Origin: a plasmid
Sequence record: NZ_CP110904.1
DNA length: 64,000 nt
Strand: one strand, 5' to 3'
The stretch's first letter is position 1, and each line of letters begins with the position of its first letter. Of this stretch, positions 19,864 to 30,547 are shown piece after piece. Made by a program: the position numbers and the translations under genes. The notes below the pieces were generated by a model. The model searched no databases. It saw only the letters and a program-made list of their open reading frames with translations, and was not told the origin of the DNA.

Positions 19864-22515
19864 ATGTCAAAGAAACTTTTTGGTGCCCCCCCAACCCTGA
19901 CAGACGCCAGTAATTCTGTTGTGGTACGTGGTGCCAGGGAGCACAACCTTAAAGAGGTGGATGTCTCTGTTCCGCGTGATGCACTTGTTGTCTTTTCGGG
20001 GGTCTCTGGTTCCGGTAAGTCTTCACTGGCTTTTGGAACCATTTATGCTGAGGCGCAACGACGCTACTTTGAATCGGTTGCCCCGTATGCGCGGCGCCTC
20101 ATTGATCAGGCCGGTGTTCCGGATGTGGATGCCATTGATGGACTCCCCCCTGCAGTTGCCCTTCAACAACAGCGAGGAACCAGCAACGCACGCTCTTCTG
20201 TCGGCAGTGTGACCACCTTATCGAGCCTGGTGCGCATGATGTATTCCCGGGCGGGAGCCTATCCGGCAGAACAACCTATGCTCTATGCTGAGGATTTTTC
20301 TCCTAACACGCCTCAGGGAGCATGTCCATCCTGCCATGGTCTCGGACATATCTATGATGTGACAGAAGCACTGATGGTACCTGATCCGTCACTCAGTATC
20401 CGGGACAGAGCCATTGCCTCCTGGCCACCTGCCTGGCACGGACAAAATCTTCGCGACATTCTGGTGACACTGGGCTATGACGTCGATATCCCCTGGAAAG
20501 AGTTATCTGAAGAAGAGCGACACTGGATCCTGTTTACTGAAGATACCCCAACGGTGCCGGTCTACCCCGGGCTCAGCCCGGAAGACACACGTGTCGCAGT
20601 CAGGGAAAAAATGACTCCGGGTTATATGGGGACGTTTACAGGGGCGCGACGTTATGTTCTGCATACCTTTGCACACACCCAAAGTGCACTGATGAGGAAA
20701 CGCGTCTCCAGTTTTATGGAAGGAAAACTGTGTCCTGTCTGCCACGGAAAAAGGCTTAAACCGGAATCATTGTCAGTCACTTTTGCTGGTGTGGACATCG
20801 GTGAGTTTATGCAGATGCCTTTAGACCAGCTGGCAGAGTTGCTTCTTCCTATCTCCCGGGGGGATTTCAGTACGCATCATGCCGGGGCTGATACTGACAG
20901 GGATATCACCCGCCGGGATCGGACAGAACGCGCCGGTTCCGGCAGGGCAGTCCATTCTGTAACGCCGGATGTCCGCCGGACCTCAGCATTATCGACAGAG
21001 AAACGACTGGCTGCTCAACGACTGACCAGAGGTGTTATGGACCGGCTGTATCAGTTGCAGAAACTGGGACTTGGTTATCTGACATTAGACAGAACAACGC
21101 CAACACTCTCCGCAGGGGAACTCCAGCGATTGCGTCTTGCCACTCAGCTTAGCTCCATGTTGTTTGGGGTCGTCTATGTTCTCGATGAACCATCAGCAGG
21201 CCTGCACCCTGCAGACAGCCATGCACTTTACGATGCTCTGGAGAACCTGCGGGATGCCGGAAACTCAGTGTTTGTCGTTGAGCATGATCTTGACCTGATG
21301 CGACGGGCGCAATGGCTGGTTGATGTGGGACCCGCTGCAGGAGAACAGGGCGGTCATATTCTCTACAGTGGTGTACCTGAAGGTCTGAAAGCTATTGCTG
21401 AATCCAGAACGGCACGGTATTTGTTTGATGAAATCAGGCCACCACAATCATACGCCCGACAGCCAGCAGGATGGTTAAAATTACAGGATATTCACCGTCA
21501 CAACCTGAAGGGACTGGACGCCTGTATTCCTCTGGGGGTACTGACCGCTGTTACAGGTATTTCGGGTTCCGGAAAGTCTAGTCTGATTGCTCAGGCCTTA
21601 CCTGAGCTGGTGCTTTCCTCGCTTGGCCATGAACCAGAAGACGTGTTATCCGAGGGCAGTGATGCTGAGGGACCAACCGTTACTGAGAAAACGTACGGTA
21701 CGCTGACAGGCGACACCGGACTGATCAAACGTCTGGTGCAGGTTGACCAGAAACCGATAGGCCGGACACCGCGTTCTAACCTGGCGACATATACCGGACT
21801 GTTTGACCATATTCGTAAGCTCTTTGCCGGAACACCTGCTGCTAAAAACTATCATTATGATGCCGGACAGTTTTCTTTCAATGTGGCAAAAGGTCGCTGT
21901 GAAACCTGTGAGGGTGAAGGGTTCGTCAGCGTTGAACTCTTGTTTATGCCCAGTGTGTATGCCCCTTGTCCGACATGTCATGGCGCACGCTATAACCCTG
22001 ATACGCTCAGGGTTCGCTGGAAGGAGCGAAACATTGCGGAAGTCTTGCAGATGACAGTGGATGAAGCCTGCAGCTTCTTTGCTGATGTAGAACCCGTGGC
22101 GCGACCTCTGCGCCTGCTGGGCGAAATCGGTCTGGGATATCTGCGTCTGGGTCAACCAGCCACTGAGTTATCCGGAGGAGAAGCTCAACGGATAAAGCTG
22201 GCAACCGAACTGCAGCGTAGTCAACGTGGCCATACGCTGTATGTTCTGGATGAACCGACCACCGGACTCCATGCGTCAGATGCCGACCGTCTGCTTGTGC
22301 AGTTGCAGCGTCTTGTTGAGACAGGGAATACCGTAGTTGTGATTGAACACGATATGCGTGCAGTCGTGCAGGCTGACTGGGTTATGGACATTGGTCCCGG
22401 AGCAGGTCATGAGGGAGGCAACCTGGTTGCAGAAGGTACACCCGCCCAGGTATCACTGGTTTGTGAAAGCCGCACGGCACCGTTTATTGCCCGGGAGTTG
22501 TCACGGAACTGGTAA
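19864..22515 (+). CDS. UvrA-like ABC ATPase (excinuclease A paralog)
   Basis: 883 aa with duplicated ABC modules (GVSGSGKSSLAF; GISGSGKSSL), zinc-finger-like CxxC pairs and LSGGE signatures. Confidence 0.8.
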   Translation: MSKKLFGAPPTLTDASNSVVVRGAREHNLKEVDVSVPRDALVVFSGVSGSGKSSLAFGTIYAEAQRRYFESVAPYARRLIDQAGVPDVDAIDGLPPAVALQQQRGTSNARSSVGSVTTLSSLVRMMYSRAGAYPAEQPMLYAEDFSPNTPQGACPSCHGLGHIYDVTEALMVPDPSLSIRDRAIASWPPAWHGQNLRDILVTLGYDVDIPWKELSEEERHWILFTEDTPTVPVYPGLSPEDTRVAVREKMTPGYMGTFTGARRYVLHTFAHTQSALMRKRVSSFMEGKLCPVCHGKRLKPESLSVTFAGVDIGEFMQMPLDQLAELLLPISRGDFSTHHAGADTDRDITRRDRTERAGSGRAVHSVTPDVRRTSALSTEKRLAAQRLTRGVMDRLYQLQKLGLGYLTLDRTTPTLSAGELQRLRLATQLSSMLFGVVYVLDEPSAGLHPADSHALYDALENLRDAGNSVFVVEHDLDLMRRAQWLVDVGPAAGEQGGHILYSGVPEGLKAIAESRTARYLFDEIRPPQSYARQPAGWLKLQDIHRHNLKGLDACIPLGVLTAVTGISGSGKSSLIAQALPELVLSSLGHEPEDVLSEGSDAEGPTVTEKTYGTLTGDTGLIKRLVQVDQKPIGRTPRSNLATYTGLFDHIRKLFAGTPAAKNYHYDAGQFSFNVAKGRCETCEGEGFVSVELLFMPSVYAPCPTCHGARYNPDTLRVRWKERNIAEVLQMTVDEACSFFADVEPVARPLRLLGEIGLGYLRLGQPATELSGGEAQRIKLATELQRSQRGHTLYVLDEPTTGLHASDADRLLVQLQRLVETGNTVVVIEHDMRAVVQADWVMDIGPGAGHEGGNLVAEGTPAQVSLVCESRTAPFIARELSRNW

Positions 22516-22706
22516 AAGGACAGTGTCGTCATAGCGTGAATGACGACACTGTCACGCTACTGGTATATCCCCTGAACATTTTACCTGTCATTGTGACTAC
22601 CTGAAAAAATACGTGATAAGAAACCTGTTGTACCAGGGCACAGCAAAAACACCAAATCTAATCCAGTGTTAAACATCACTGTTATGCAGGTGGTAAGGAG
22701 AACCTG

Positions 22707-23138
22707 ATGAAACTATTTACGATTGGTTTCACACAATCTTCGGCGGAGCATTTTTTTACGCGCCTGAAGGAATCCGGAGCAAGACGTATTCTGGATGTGC
22801 GTCTCAATAATCGCTCTCAGCTGGCAGGTTTTGCAAAACAGGACGATCTGAAGTTCTTTGCCCATACTCTATGTGATATCGATTACGCACATATGCCAGA
22901 TCTTGCCCCGACGCGGGAAATGTTTGAGCGATACAAATTACAGAAAGGAGACTGGGAGATATATTCTTCGGATTTCATCGATCTGATTACAAAAAGACAT
23001 ATCGAATCGCTCGAAAAGAGTCAGTTTGCTGATGCTTGCTTATTGTGTAGCGAACATAAACCACATCATTGCCACAGACGGCTGGTTGCTGAGTACCTGG
23101 CAGATAAATGGCCTGATGTCACTATCATGCATTTATAG
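22707..23138 (+). CDS. DUF488-family protein
   Basis: MKLFTIGFTQSS...RRILDVRLNNRSQ pattern and 143-aa size fit DUF488. Confidence 0.5.
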   Translation: MKLFTIGFTQSSAEHFFTRLKESGARRILDVRLNNRSQLAGFAKQDDLKFFAHTLCDIDYAHMPDLAPTREMFERYKLQKGDWEIYSSDFIDLITKRHIESLEKSQFADACLLCSEHKPHHCHRRLVAEYLADKWPDVTIMHL

Positions 23139-23415
23139 TGGCTGGGTTGTGTCTGTACGCCCGAACACCAGAACACAGCTCCCACAGACTATGACGGTAC
23201 CAGACGATATTCGGACAAAAGGAAGAGGATTTAGCCTGCTAAAGCAATATGGGCTAACAGGAAGCGACTTGATATCGAAAATCTGTGTTTGCGACGCGCT
23301 TTTTTTGACCATGCTTTTGGGCTAATATCACACCCTTCAGTCTGTATTTTGCCAATAATATAACCAGTTGTTTTATTTTATAAATAAAGCTTATCGGTAT
23401 GTGCTCTGTTATGTT

Positions 23416-23439
23416 TGTATACTACACGGGAGGTATACA
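23416..23439. promoter_or_regulatory. operator-like palindrome TGTATAC-n10(G-rich)-GTATACA
   Basis: Inverted repeat with a central GGGAGG, 60 bp upstream of the second frmR-like gene. Confidence 0.4.
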
Positions 23440-23502
23440 TTCATTGATCGGATAATGCATACTCCGACGCAGTATATCAACTTAAAGATAGTGAGGTAAG
23501 AA

Positions 23503-23778
23503 ATGCCCAGTACTCCGGAAGAGAAAAAAAAGGTACTGACACGGGTTCGCCGCATCAGAGGGCAGATTGATGCTCTGGAAAGAGCACTTGAAAATGGTGC
23601 TGAATGCCGCGCCATTCTCCAGCAAATTGCTGCCGTTCGTGGCGCATCTAACGGATTGATGGCTGAGGTTCTGGAGAGTCACATACGAGAAACCTTTGAC
23701 CAGAATGACAGCTATAGCCATGAAGTCAGTAAATCAGTTGACGATACGATTGAACTGGTTCGCGCCTATCTTAAATAG
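23503..23778 (+). CDS. FrmR/RcnR-family metal/formaldehyde-sensing repressor (second copy)
   Basis: 91 aa, [30 protein letters not shown]..., about 60% identical to the frmR at 14070. Confidence 0.75.
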   Translation: MPSTPEEKKKVLTRVRRIRGQIDALERALENGAECRAILQQIAAVRGASNGLMAEVLESHIRETFDQNDSYSHEVSKSVDDTIELVRAYLK

Positions 23779-24352
23779 CAACTGACCGGTAAACCCGGTC
23801 ACTGCTGGATGTCATTATGAACACCAACCGAACGGCATAGTCAGTCCACAGGTACTACTCATTCCCTGACTATGTCCCAGGAGTCCAGTGTCGTTCAGCC
23901 AAAACTAATTTCTGCTTTGTATACCACTACGACAAATGCTGTCATCAGTTCAGGTGCGATAATTTCGTTATCATGCGCAGTACATACTGCCCTGAGTTTT
24001 CTGATCCAGTAATCATTCTCGGCACCAGTGTTCCAGGTGCCGCCTCGCCCTACAGATATCTGTAATTGTAAACCGTCGCAAGACCGGTCCAGGCGATAGG
24101 GCAGAATCGCCCACTGTTCGGAAAACCAGTACTAACTGACAGTTCTGGTACTGGGGGCTGGTCACAGCACTGTATAGGCCAATTCTGTGCGGCGTTGTCA
24201 CCTGACCTGTCTGAAGAAATTTCCCGCACGCAACAGGTTACTACTCAGAAGTGATAACCCAAGTCCTCATCAAACATCAAAAAATATTTTCAGATAAAAA
24301 TCAAGTGTTTATAATTTTTTAATCCTTATCAACAGTATTGGTATTGCCAGTT

Positions 24353-24370
24353 ACTATACTGCCGTATAGT
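24353..24370. promoter_or_regulatory. palindrome ACTATAC-TGCC-GTATAGT upstream of Fe-ADH
   Basis: 7-bp perfect arms, ~95 bp upstream of the ADH start. Arms share the TATAC/GTATA core with the two frmR-type operators. Confidence 0.35.
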
Positions 24371-24463
24371 ATATGAAGCAGATAATGTACACACAGAAAC
24401 AACAAGGCTATCAAGATTTAAAATGCCCTCTCTAATATTTAAACTGACGAAAGGATATTAACT

Positions 24464-25615
24464 ATGAGTAATGTATTTTATATGCCGCCTGTAACCCTAA
24501 TGGGACTGAATGCTATTCGTCTTTTAGGGGATGAACTTGTTTCAAGGGAGTTAAAAAAGGCGCTGATCGTCACTGACCGTGTTTTGGTTGACACCGGACT
24601 GGTTAACAAACTGACAGATGAGCTTGAGGTGCATAAAATTAGTTATGCAATATTTGATGGTGTTCAACCTAATCCAACAGAGAAAAATATTGATGACGGT
24701 TTAGCCTTGCTTGCAAAAAGTAATGCTGATTTTGTCATTTCCTTTGGTGGGGGGTCTTCTCACGATACAGCTAAAGGTATTGCATTGGTGGCCACTAATG
24801 GTGGGCATATTCGGGATTACTCGAAAGGTGTGCATCTGTCCAAAAAACCACAATTACCATTAGTTACTGTAAATACGACAGCGGGTACGGCATCGGAAAT
24901 GACCGTATTTGCAATCGTCACTAACCAGGAAGATGAAACTAAATACCCGGTAGTGGATAAGCACTTTACGCCTATCATTGCGGTTAACGATTCTGAACTT
25001 ATGGTCGCAATGCCTGCGTTCCTTACGGCAACTACAGGTATGGATGCCTTAACTCATGCAATTGAAGCGTATGTATCAACAGCAGCTACGCCTGTTACTG
25101 ATGCTTGTGCTATCAAAGCAATTGAAATTATTGTTAATAATCTTAAAGACGTTGTAGATGATGGCCAAAACCGCAAAGCACGTGATGCAATGCAATATGG
25201 TGAATATCTGGCTGGAATGGCATTTTCAAACGCGTCTCTTGGTTATGTCCATTCAATGGCTCACCAGTTAGGTGGCGTTTATAATCTGTCTCACGGTTTG
25301 TGTAATGCGATCCTGCTGGGTGAAGTATCCCGATTTAATGCGAAAAAGGTTCCCGATCGTTTTGTTGAAATCGCCCGGGCAATGGGGATTGATGTCTCAA
25401 CAATGACTCAGGAGCAGGCCATTAATTCTGCTATCGAAGCAATTGAGATGTTGTCGCAAAAAGTCGGTACGAATCAACGCCTGGCTGATCTTGGTGTAAC
25501 GGAGGATAAACTTGCATTTATGGCACAAAATGCACTAAATGATGCTTGTTCTTTAACCAATCCTCGTCAGGCAAGCCTTTCGGAGATTATTGAGCTCTAC
25601 AAAGCTCGTATGTAA
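24464..25615 (+). CDS. iron-containing (group III) alcohol dehydrogenase
   Basis: 383 aa with GGGSSHDTAKG and the His-rich metal site (HAIEAY...HSMAH...H). Similar to FucO/DhaT/YiaY. Confidence 0.8.
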   Translation: MSNVFYMPPVTLMGLNAIRLLGDELVSRELKKALIVTDRVLVDTGLVNKLTDELEVHKISYAIFDGVQPNPTEKNIDDGLALLAKSNADFVISFGGGSSHDTAKGIALVATNGGHIRDYSKGVHLSKKPQLPLVTVNTTAGTASEMTVFAIVTNQEDETKYPVVDKHFTPIIAVNDSELMVAMPAFLTATTGMDALTHAIEAYVSTAATPVTDACAIKAIEIIVNNLKDVVDDGQNRKARDAMQYGEYLAGMAFSNASLGYVHSMAHQLGGVYNLSHGLCNAILLGEVSRFNAKKVPDRFVEIARAMGIDVSTMTQEQAINSAIEAIEMLSQKVGTNQRLADLGVTEDKLAFMAQNALNDACSLTNPRQASLSEIIELYKARM

Positions 25616-25775
25616 GCATTCTCCTTTTTACACCGTTATCTGAATTATATCTGAAGGAAAGTTGTACAAGTTCATGGTCAGAAATTTAAATCACTTCTGA
25701 CCAGAGAAATTGGCCATAAACATGTCTTTTTGATACTAAGAAAATCGGGTTACCTCTGGTAACCCGATTTAAACG

Positions 25776-25922
25776 TTAGTGCGTTTTCATCCCAGCGGCT
25801 GTCATTAGCAATTTGAATATTGTAGCAACGACCCCCAACGCCATTACACTGACAGCCCAGATAATCACCAGCCACATCAATTTTTTCCAGAATGGACGAG
25901 GTGTTTCATCAACGGTTTTCAT
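25776..25922 (-). CDS. CydX-like small membrane protein (48 aa) downstream of cydB
   Basis: Hand-translated: MKTVDETPRPFWKKLMWLVIIWAVSVMALGVVATIFKLLMTAAGMKTH. GGAG SD; 23 bp after the cydB stop. Below the ORF-track cutoff. Confidence 0.4.
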   Translation of the reverse strand: MKTVDETPRPFWKKLMWLVIIWAVSVMALGVVATIFKLLMTAAGMKTH

Positions 25923-25947
25923 TTAAGTTTCTCCATTGACCTCACCA

Positions 25948-26958
25948 TTAGTGATAACCGTCGCCAGTTTTTACCTTCCCCCGGAATACATAGTAACTCC
26001 AGCAGGTGTACATCAGGATTACAGGGATAATCAACAAGCCACCTATTAGCATAAAGCCCTGACTCTGAGGAGGTGACGCTGCCTGCCAGATGGTTACAGA
26101 AGGCGGTATGATATATGGCCAGATACTGATCCCAAGACCACTGAAACCAAGGAAGATTAATCCTAACGTCAGCATAAAGGGACCAAAGCTGGATCGACGG
26201 CTATAAACACTGCGAACGATACCCCAGCAACAAACAAGGACCAGCAATGGTACAGGCAGGAAAAAGATGACATTTGGCATACTGAACCAGCGACTGGCAA
26301 TCTCAGGATGAGTCAATGGGGTCCAGACACTGATAATTGCAATAACTGCCAGTAAACCAAGGGTTAACGGAGTTGCAAGCTCTGACATCCTGCGATGAAG
26401 CGAGTCTTCTGTTTTCATAATCAGCCAGGTGCAACCCAGCAGGGCATAGGCCAGAACCAGTCCCAATCCGCAGAACAGAGGGAACGGGGCAAGCCAAACC
26501 AATGCAGAACCGCTAAATGTACGTCCGGACACACTCAATCCATTTAATAAGGTTCCGACTGCAACACCCTGACTGAAAGTGGCCAGTACAGAGCCGACGA
26601 TAAATGCTTTGTCCCAGATAGGTCGATGTTCCGGAATTGCTTTAAAACGAAACTCGAAGGCCACACCACGAAAGATAAGCCCAAGTAACATTGCGGTAAG
26701 CGGAATACTAAGAGCATCAATGATAACCGCGTAAGCCAGAGGAAACGCGCCGTACAATGCCGCTCCCCCCAGTACCATCCAGGTTTCGTTGCCATCCCAT
26801 ACAGGCGCAACGGTATTCATCATTGTATCGCGATCGACATCGTGCTTATGAAACGGGAACAAAATACCGATTCCCAGATCAAATCCATCCATCACTATAT
26901 ACATCAACGTAGCGAAGACGATGATGACAAACCAGATAATTGACAGATCAATACCCAT
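25948..26958 (-). CDS. cydB: cytochrome bd ubiquinol oxidase subunit II
   Basis: 336-aa polytopic protein, MGIDLSIIWFVIIVFATLMYIVMDGFDLGIGIL.... Confidence 0.85.
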   Translation of the reverse strand: MGIDLSIIWFVIIVFATLMYIVMDGFDLGIGILFPFHKHDVDRDTMMNTVAPVWDGNETWMVLGGAALYGAFPLAYAVIIDALSIPLTAMLLGLIFRGVAFEFRFKAIPEHRPIWDKAFIVGSVLATFSQGVAVGTLLNGLSVSGRTFSGSALVWLAPFPLFCGLGLVLAYALLGCTWLIMKTEDSLHRRMSELATPLTLGLLAVIAIISVWTPLTHPEIASRWFSMPNVIFFLPVPLLVLVCCWGIVRSVYSRRSSFGPFMLTLGLIFLGFSGLGISIWPYIIPPSVTIWQAASPPQSQGFMLIGGLLIIPVILMYTCWSYYVFRGKVKTGDGYH

Positions 26959-28367
26959 TATTTGTCTCTCCCACGTGTTGCCAAACCCTCATTTACCGCT
27001 GACAGAGGACGGGCAGGTGTTCCATCCGTTACTTCCTGATGCTCCTCAGCATGTACAGGCCCTTTTTTGATCAGACGTACGAGATATATATAACCGACGC
27101 CAAAGACTGAGGTGTAAACAAGCAGAAACGCCAGTAAGCTGATTGACATATGTAAATCGCCATGTGCAGAAACAGCATCTTTCGTTCGCTGTACGCCATA
27201 AACGACCCATGGTTGACGACCTATTTCAGTTGTGAACCAACCGGCCAGTAACGCAATCAGTCCCGAAGGCCCCATGAAGAGAGAAAAATAGAGGAACGGT
27301 TTAGATGTATAGAGACGTTTCCGCCAGCGAAGCCATACGCTGACCACCCCGAGAAGAATCATCAGCATCCCTAAGCCAGCCATTACGCGGAAAGACCAGA
27401 ATATGATAGTGGAGTTAGGACGATCTTCTTTAGGGAAACTCTTCAGGGCAGGCACCTGCTTATCAAGGCTGTGTGTAAGGATAATACTGCCAAGATAAGG
27501 GACCTCTATTTTGTACTTCGTCTCTTCTGCATTCATATCTGGCAGGCCAAACAGAACCAGAGGGGTTGCTTCACCAGGTTTATTTTCCCAGTGTCCTTCA
27601 ATCGCAGCGATTTTTGCCGGCTGGTGCTCAAGAGTATTCAGACCATGCGCATCACCGATAACGGCCTGGATCGGGGAAACGATTAATGCCATCCACAATG
27701 CCATAGAGAACATTTTGCGAATCGCGGGAGTATCATTGCCTTTTAGCAGATGCCATGCTGCTGATGCTCCGACAAAAAAAGCGCTTGCAAGGAAAGCCGC
27801 AGTGGACATATGTAACAGGCGGAACGGGAAGGAAGGGTTAAAGATAATTTTCAGCCAGTCTACAGGGATAACAACACCATTCTCGATGGCATAACCCTGT
27901 GGAGTCTGCATCCAGCTATTGGATGACAGGATCCAGAACGTGGAAAACAGTGTCCCCAGCGCCACCATACAGGTAGCAAAGAAGTGCAGACCGGGGCCAA
28001 CACGATTCCAGCCAAACAGCATGACACCAAGGAAACCCGCTTCAAGGAAGAACGCAGTCAGAACTTCGTAGGTCAGCAATGGACCGGTGATACTCCCTGC
28101 AAACTGTGAGAAGCCACTCCAGTTGGTACCAAACTGATAAGCCATAACCAGACCGGAAACAACACCCATACCAAAGTTTACTGCAAAAATTTTTGACCAG
28201 AAGTGATAGAGCTCCTTGTAAGTGTCATTTCGTGTCTTTAACCATAACCCTTCGAGCACGGCCAGGAAACTGGCCAGACCAATGGTTATTGCTGGGAAAA
28301 TAATGTGGAAGGAAACAGTAAATGCAAACTGTATCCTGGCCAAATGGAAGGCATCTAATCCGAACAT
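26958..28367 (-). CDS. cydA: cytochrome bd ubiquinol oxidase subunit I (short Q-loop, CioA-like)
   Basis: 469 aa with conserved His and Met ligands and GRQPW. Its start overlaps the cydB stop. Confidence 0.85.
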   Translation of the reverse strand: MFGLDAFHLARIQFAFTVSFHIIFPAITIGLASFLAVLEGLWLKTRNDTYKELYHFWSKIFAVNFGMGVVSGLVMAYQFGTNWSGFSQFAGSITGPLLTYEVLTAFFLEAGFLGVMLFGWNRVGPGLHFFATCMVALGTLFSTFWILSSNSWMQTPQGYAIENGVVIPVDWLKIIFNPSFPFRLLHMSTAAFLASAFFVGASAAWHLLKGNDTPAIRKMFSMALWMALIVSPIQAVIGDAHGLNTLEHQPAKIAAIEGHWENKPGEATPLVLFGLPDMNAEETKYKIEVPYLGSIILTHSLDKQVPALKSFPKEDRPNSTIIFWSFRVMAGLGMLMILLGVVSVWLRWRKRLYTSKPFLYFSLFMGPSGLIALLAGWFTTEIGRQPWVVYGVQRTKDAVSAHGDLHMSISLLAFLLVYTSVFGVGYIYLVRLIKKGPVHAEEHQEVTDGTPARPLSAVNEGLATRGRDK

Positions 28368-29344
28368 AGTTCACCTTAACCCCGATAATACACTGATAAT
28401 TAATTATTTCTTATCAAATCAGAGCCTTGATGAGAAATTTCGACTATTGAAAACAATCATTTTTTTGTATGAGATAAAAACTCACTTGCAAGTACATTGT
28501 TAAGCACATGATTAAATGTGTCCAATAAGTTGCAATAATGTAGTGATAGATGAGGTCGATTACAAAAATGCAGGATTTTCGTTATTGTGTCAGTAAGCAC
28601 GATCATTCCTGATACTGCACGATACAAATAGTGTTGAGAGTAATTCTTAATAGTGGGGATTTATTTGTAACTTACTGAAAAATTTAGGTGATTAGATGTT
28701 TCTGTAATATGCATACCGTCCGGTTTTGACCACTGATACACGAAGAAATCAATATGCTCGTGCATTCTACCAGGTATATTCTGGTGTCCTAGCTAAGGAT
28801 ATTAAATCTCATTTTTTAAACAACAAATTATTTCATATACATATGGATTAGATTTTTGCTCTGGTATCAGAAGTAGATGTCACAAACAAAGGAATAAATA
28901 ATCGACAAGGAACTGACTACCGTCGACAGACCGCGGGAGGTGTTCAGGATCAGCTGCATTGATGAGTTCCGGACCCTACAGGCAAATGACCCCATTCTGG
29001 TTATGCCGAAGTATCCGGACCCTTGAGGCGTTTTTCTGGCGAGACAATTATTTTAACAGTCAGAGACCAGAGGCACTCCTCAGCTATCAGTTCAGTCCGG
29101 AGCAGGTCCAGCGCTCTCACGGAACCGGACGTGAAGAGGAGTGGAACGACAGTTCCACAGGCGTTGAAGGTGAGAGTGGCATTGAGGGTCATTATTCAAC
29201 ATCCGGGAATTCAGCCTGCTGCGTTGTCAGACGTACAGGCCATTCTCTCAGGCATCGCTATAAGTAACTGTCTGAATCCTGTATCCTCGAAGCTGCACTG
29301 TAAGCAATTAATTCCCATCGTGGCAAATGCACAAAGGATGATAC

Positions 29345-29725
29345 ATGCAAACGCTAAAGAGCAGACTTGAAACGGTAGTACATTGTTTTGAAAATGATTT
29401 TCGCGGATTTAAAATCAGAAACAGTAAGACCGATGCCATGAAATGGCTAATGCGATTCAATTTGCCGTACTCTGTCCGAGAACATGAACCCGGTAAATAT
29501 CTGCTTCTTAATCGCGAATATAAACCTCTGGGATTTATGGCGCAGGCCGGTGGCCACGGCGCGGAATACGCTGTTTACGGTGATCATCTTCTTGCAGGTG
29601 CTCCGGGATTACTCGATAGCGATATTTATTTTTATAACGACGGTTCAACCCCGTGGGAAAGCGCTAAAAACTGGACTGCATACCAGAAGGCAGTCCTCCA
29701 GTTCCTTGAAAAACTTCCAGGCTGA
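29345..29725 (+). CDS. hypothetical protein
   Basis: 126-aa ORF followed by a strong terminator. Confidence 0.4.
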   Translation: MQTLKSRLETVVHCFENDFRGFKIRNSKTDAMKWLMRFNLPYSVREHEPGKYLLLNREYKPLGFMAQAGGHGAEYAVYGDHLLAGAPGLLDSDIYFYNDGSTPWESAKNWTAYQKAVLQFLEKLPG

Positions 29726-29748
29726 GTGAATTGCCCGGATAATCTAAT

Positions 29749-29772
29749 CAGGCCGCTTCAGCGGCCTTTTTT
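29749..29772 (+). terminator. rho-independent terminator AGGCCGC-TTCA-GCGGCCT + T6
   Basis: Perfect 7-bp GC stem then TTTTTT. Confidence 0.55.
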
Positions 29773-30256
29773 ACGTCTGCTGTTCTGGTAACTCAGGTGA
29801 TTCTGCGTTCTGGAGAGGTATCCAGTCTTCCGACTCAATGAATTTCGGATCTCAGGAGAAGAGAAGAAGGATTTTTGCAGAAGCACAAAAAAATTCTGGA
29901 TAGTTGTCATTAGGGGAATATTGCATGAAAAGCAAAATTCAAGGCTGACAAAGCCAGTAATAGCAACAAAGAGGAAAGAGAAACTTTTTTCAGGTTTTTT
30001 TACAGTCCGGCCTTAAAGGCCGCATCGGATTTTCTAAATACAGTTTTACATAAGGAAAATCGTATGACTGTATTTCTAATCCTCACCGCCATCGCATATG
30101 GCATCTTCAAAGCCGGCTGCTTCATCCTATTAGTGGTCAAGGGGTATCAGGGCTGGACATTGTTCTGGAAAAACTATGACCGTCTCCCTCATATCATCCG
30201 TTCCCGCTGCCGATATCAGAGACGATTCATTTTCAGACGCATCTGGAAGCGAATCT

Positions 30257-30547
30257 TCAGCCACTGATAATGTTATCGAGCGGCATCCCCAGCCCAGCCA
30301 GCCAGCACAGGCAGCACCAAGTGGTGTACACCATACTGGTCTCTCCTGATTTCCACTTACGGATGGTGCGTTCGTCCACATCCAGTCGGTTAGCCAGCTG
30401 GCTGTCAGTCAGGGGGATAAATCTCCGGACCAGCAGGATTTCGGTGACAGTAGGCTTCTGCCAGTCTTCTCCGCTGACCAGCGTATAGCCATTAAATTTT
30501 TTCAGCTCAATAAGTCCGGTGATCTGTCGTGCTATTTCGTCTTTCAT
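30257..30547 (-). CDS. hypothetical protein with HTH-like segment
   Basis: 96 aa; LTDSQLANRLDVDERTIRKWKSGE resembles an XRE-type HTH. Its start overlaps the upstream gene's stop (ATGA). Confidence 0.4.
   Translation of the reverse strand: MKDEIARQITGLIELKKFNGYTLVSGEDWQKPTVTEILLVRRFIPLTDSQLANRLDVDERTIRKWKSGETSMVYTTWCCLCWLAGLGMPLDNIISG

Noticed and set aside
28959-29370. Overlapping small ORFs (28959-29267, 29001-29192, 29023-29370) upstream of the 29345 gene
   Set aside because: They are mutually overlapping in three frames with no convincing start context. They are kept only as an untranslated or promoter region.
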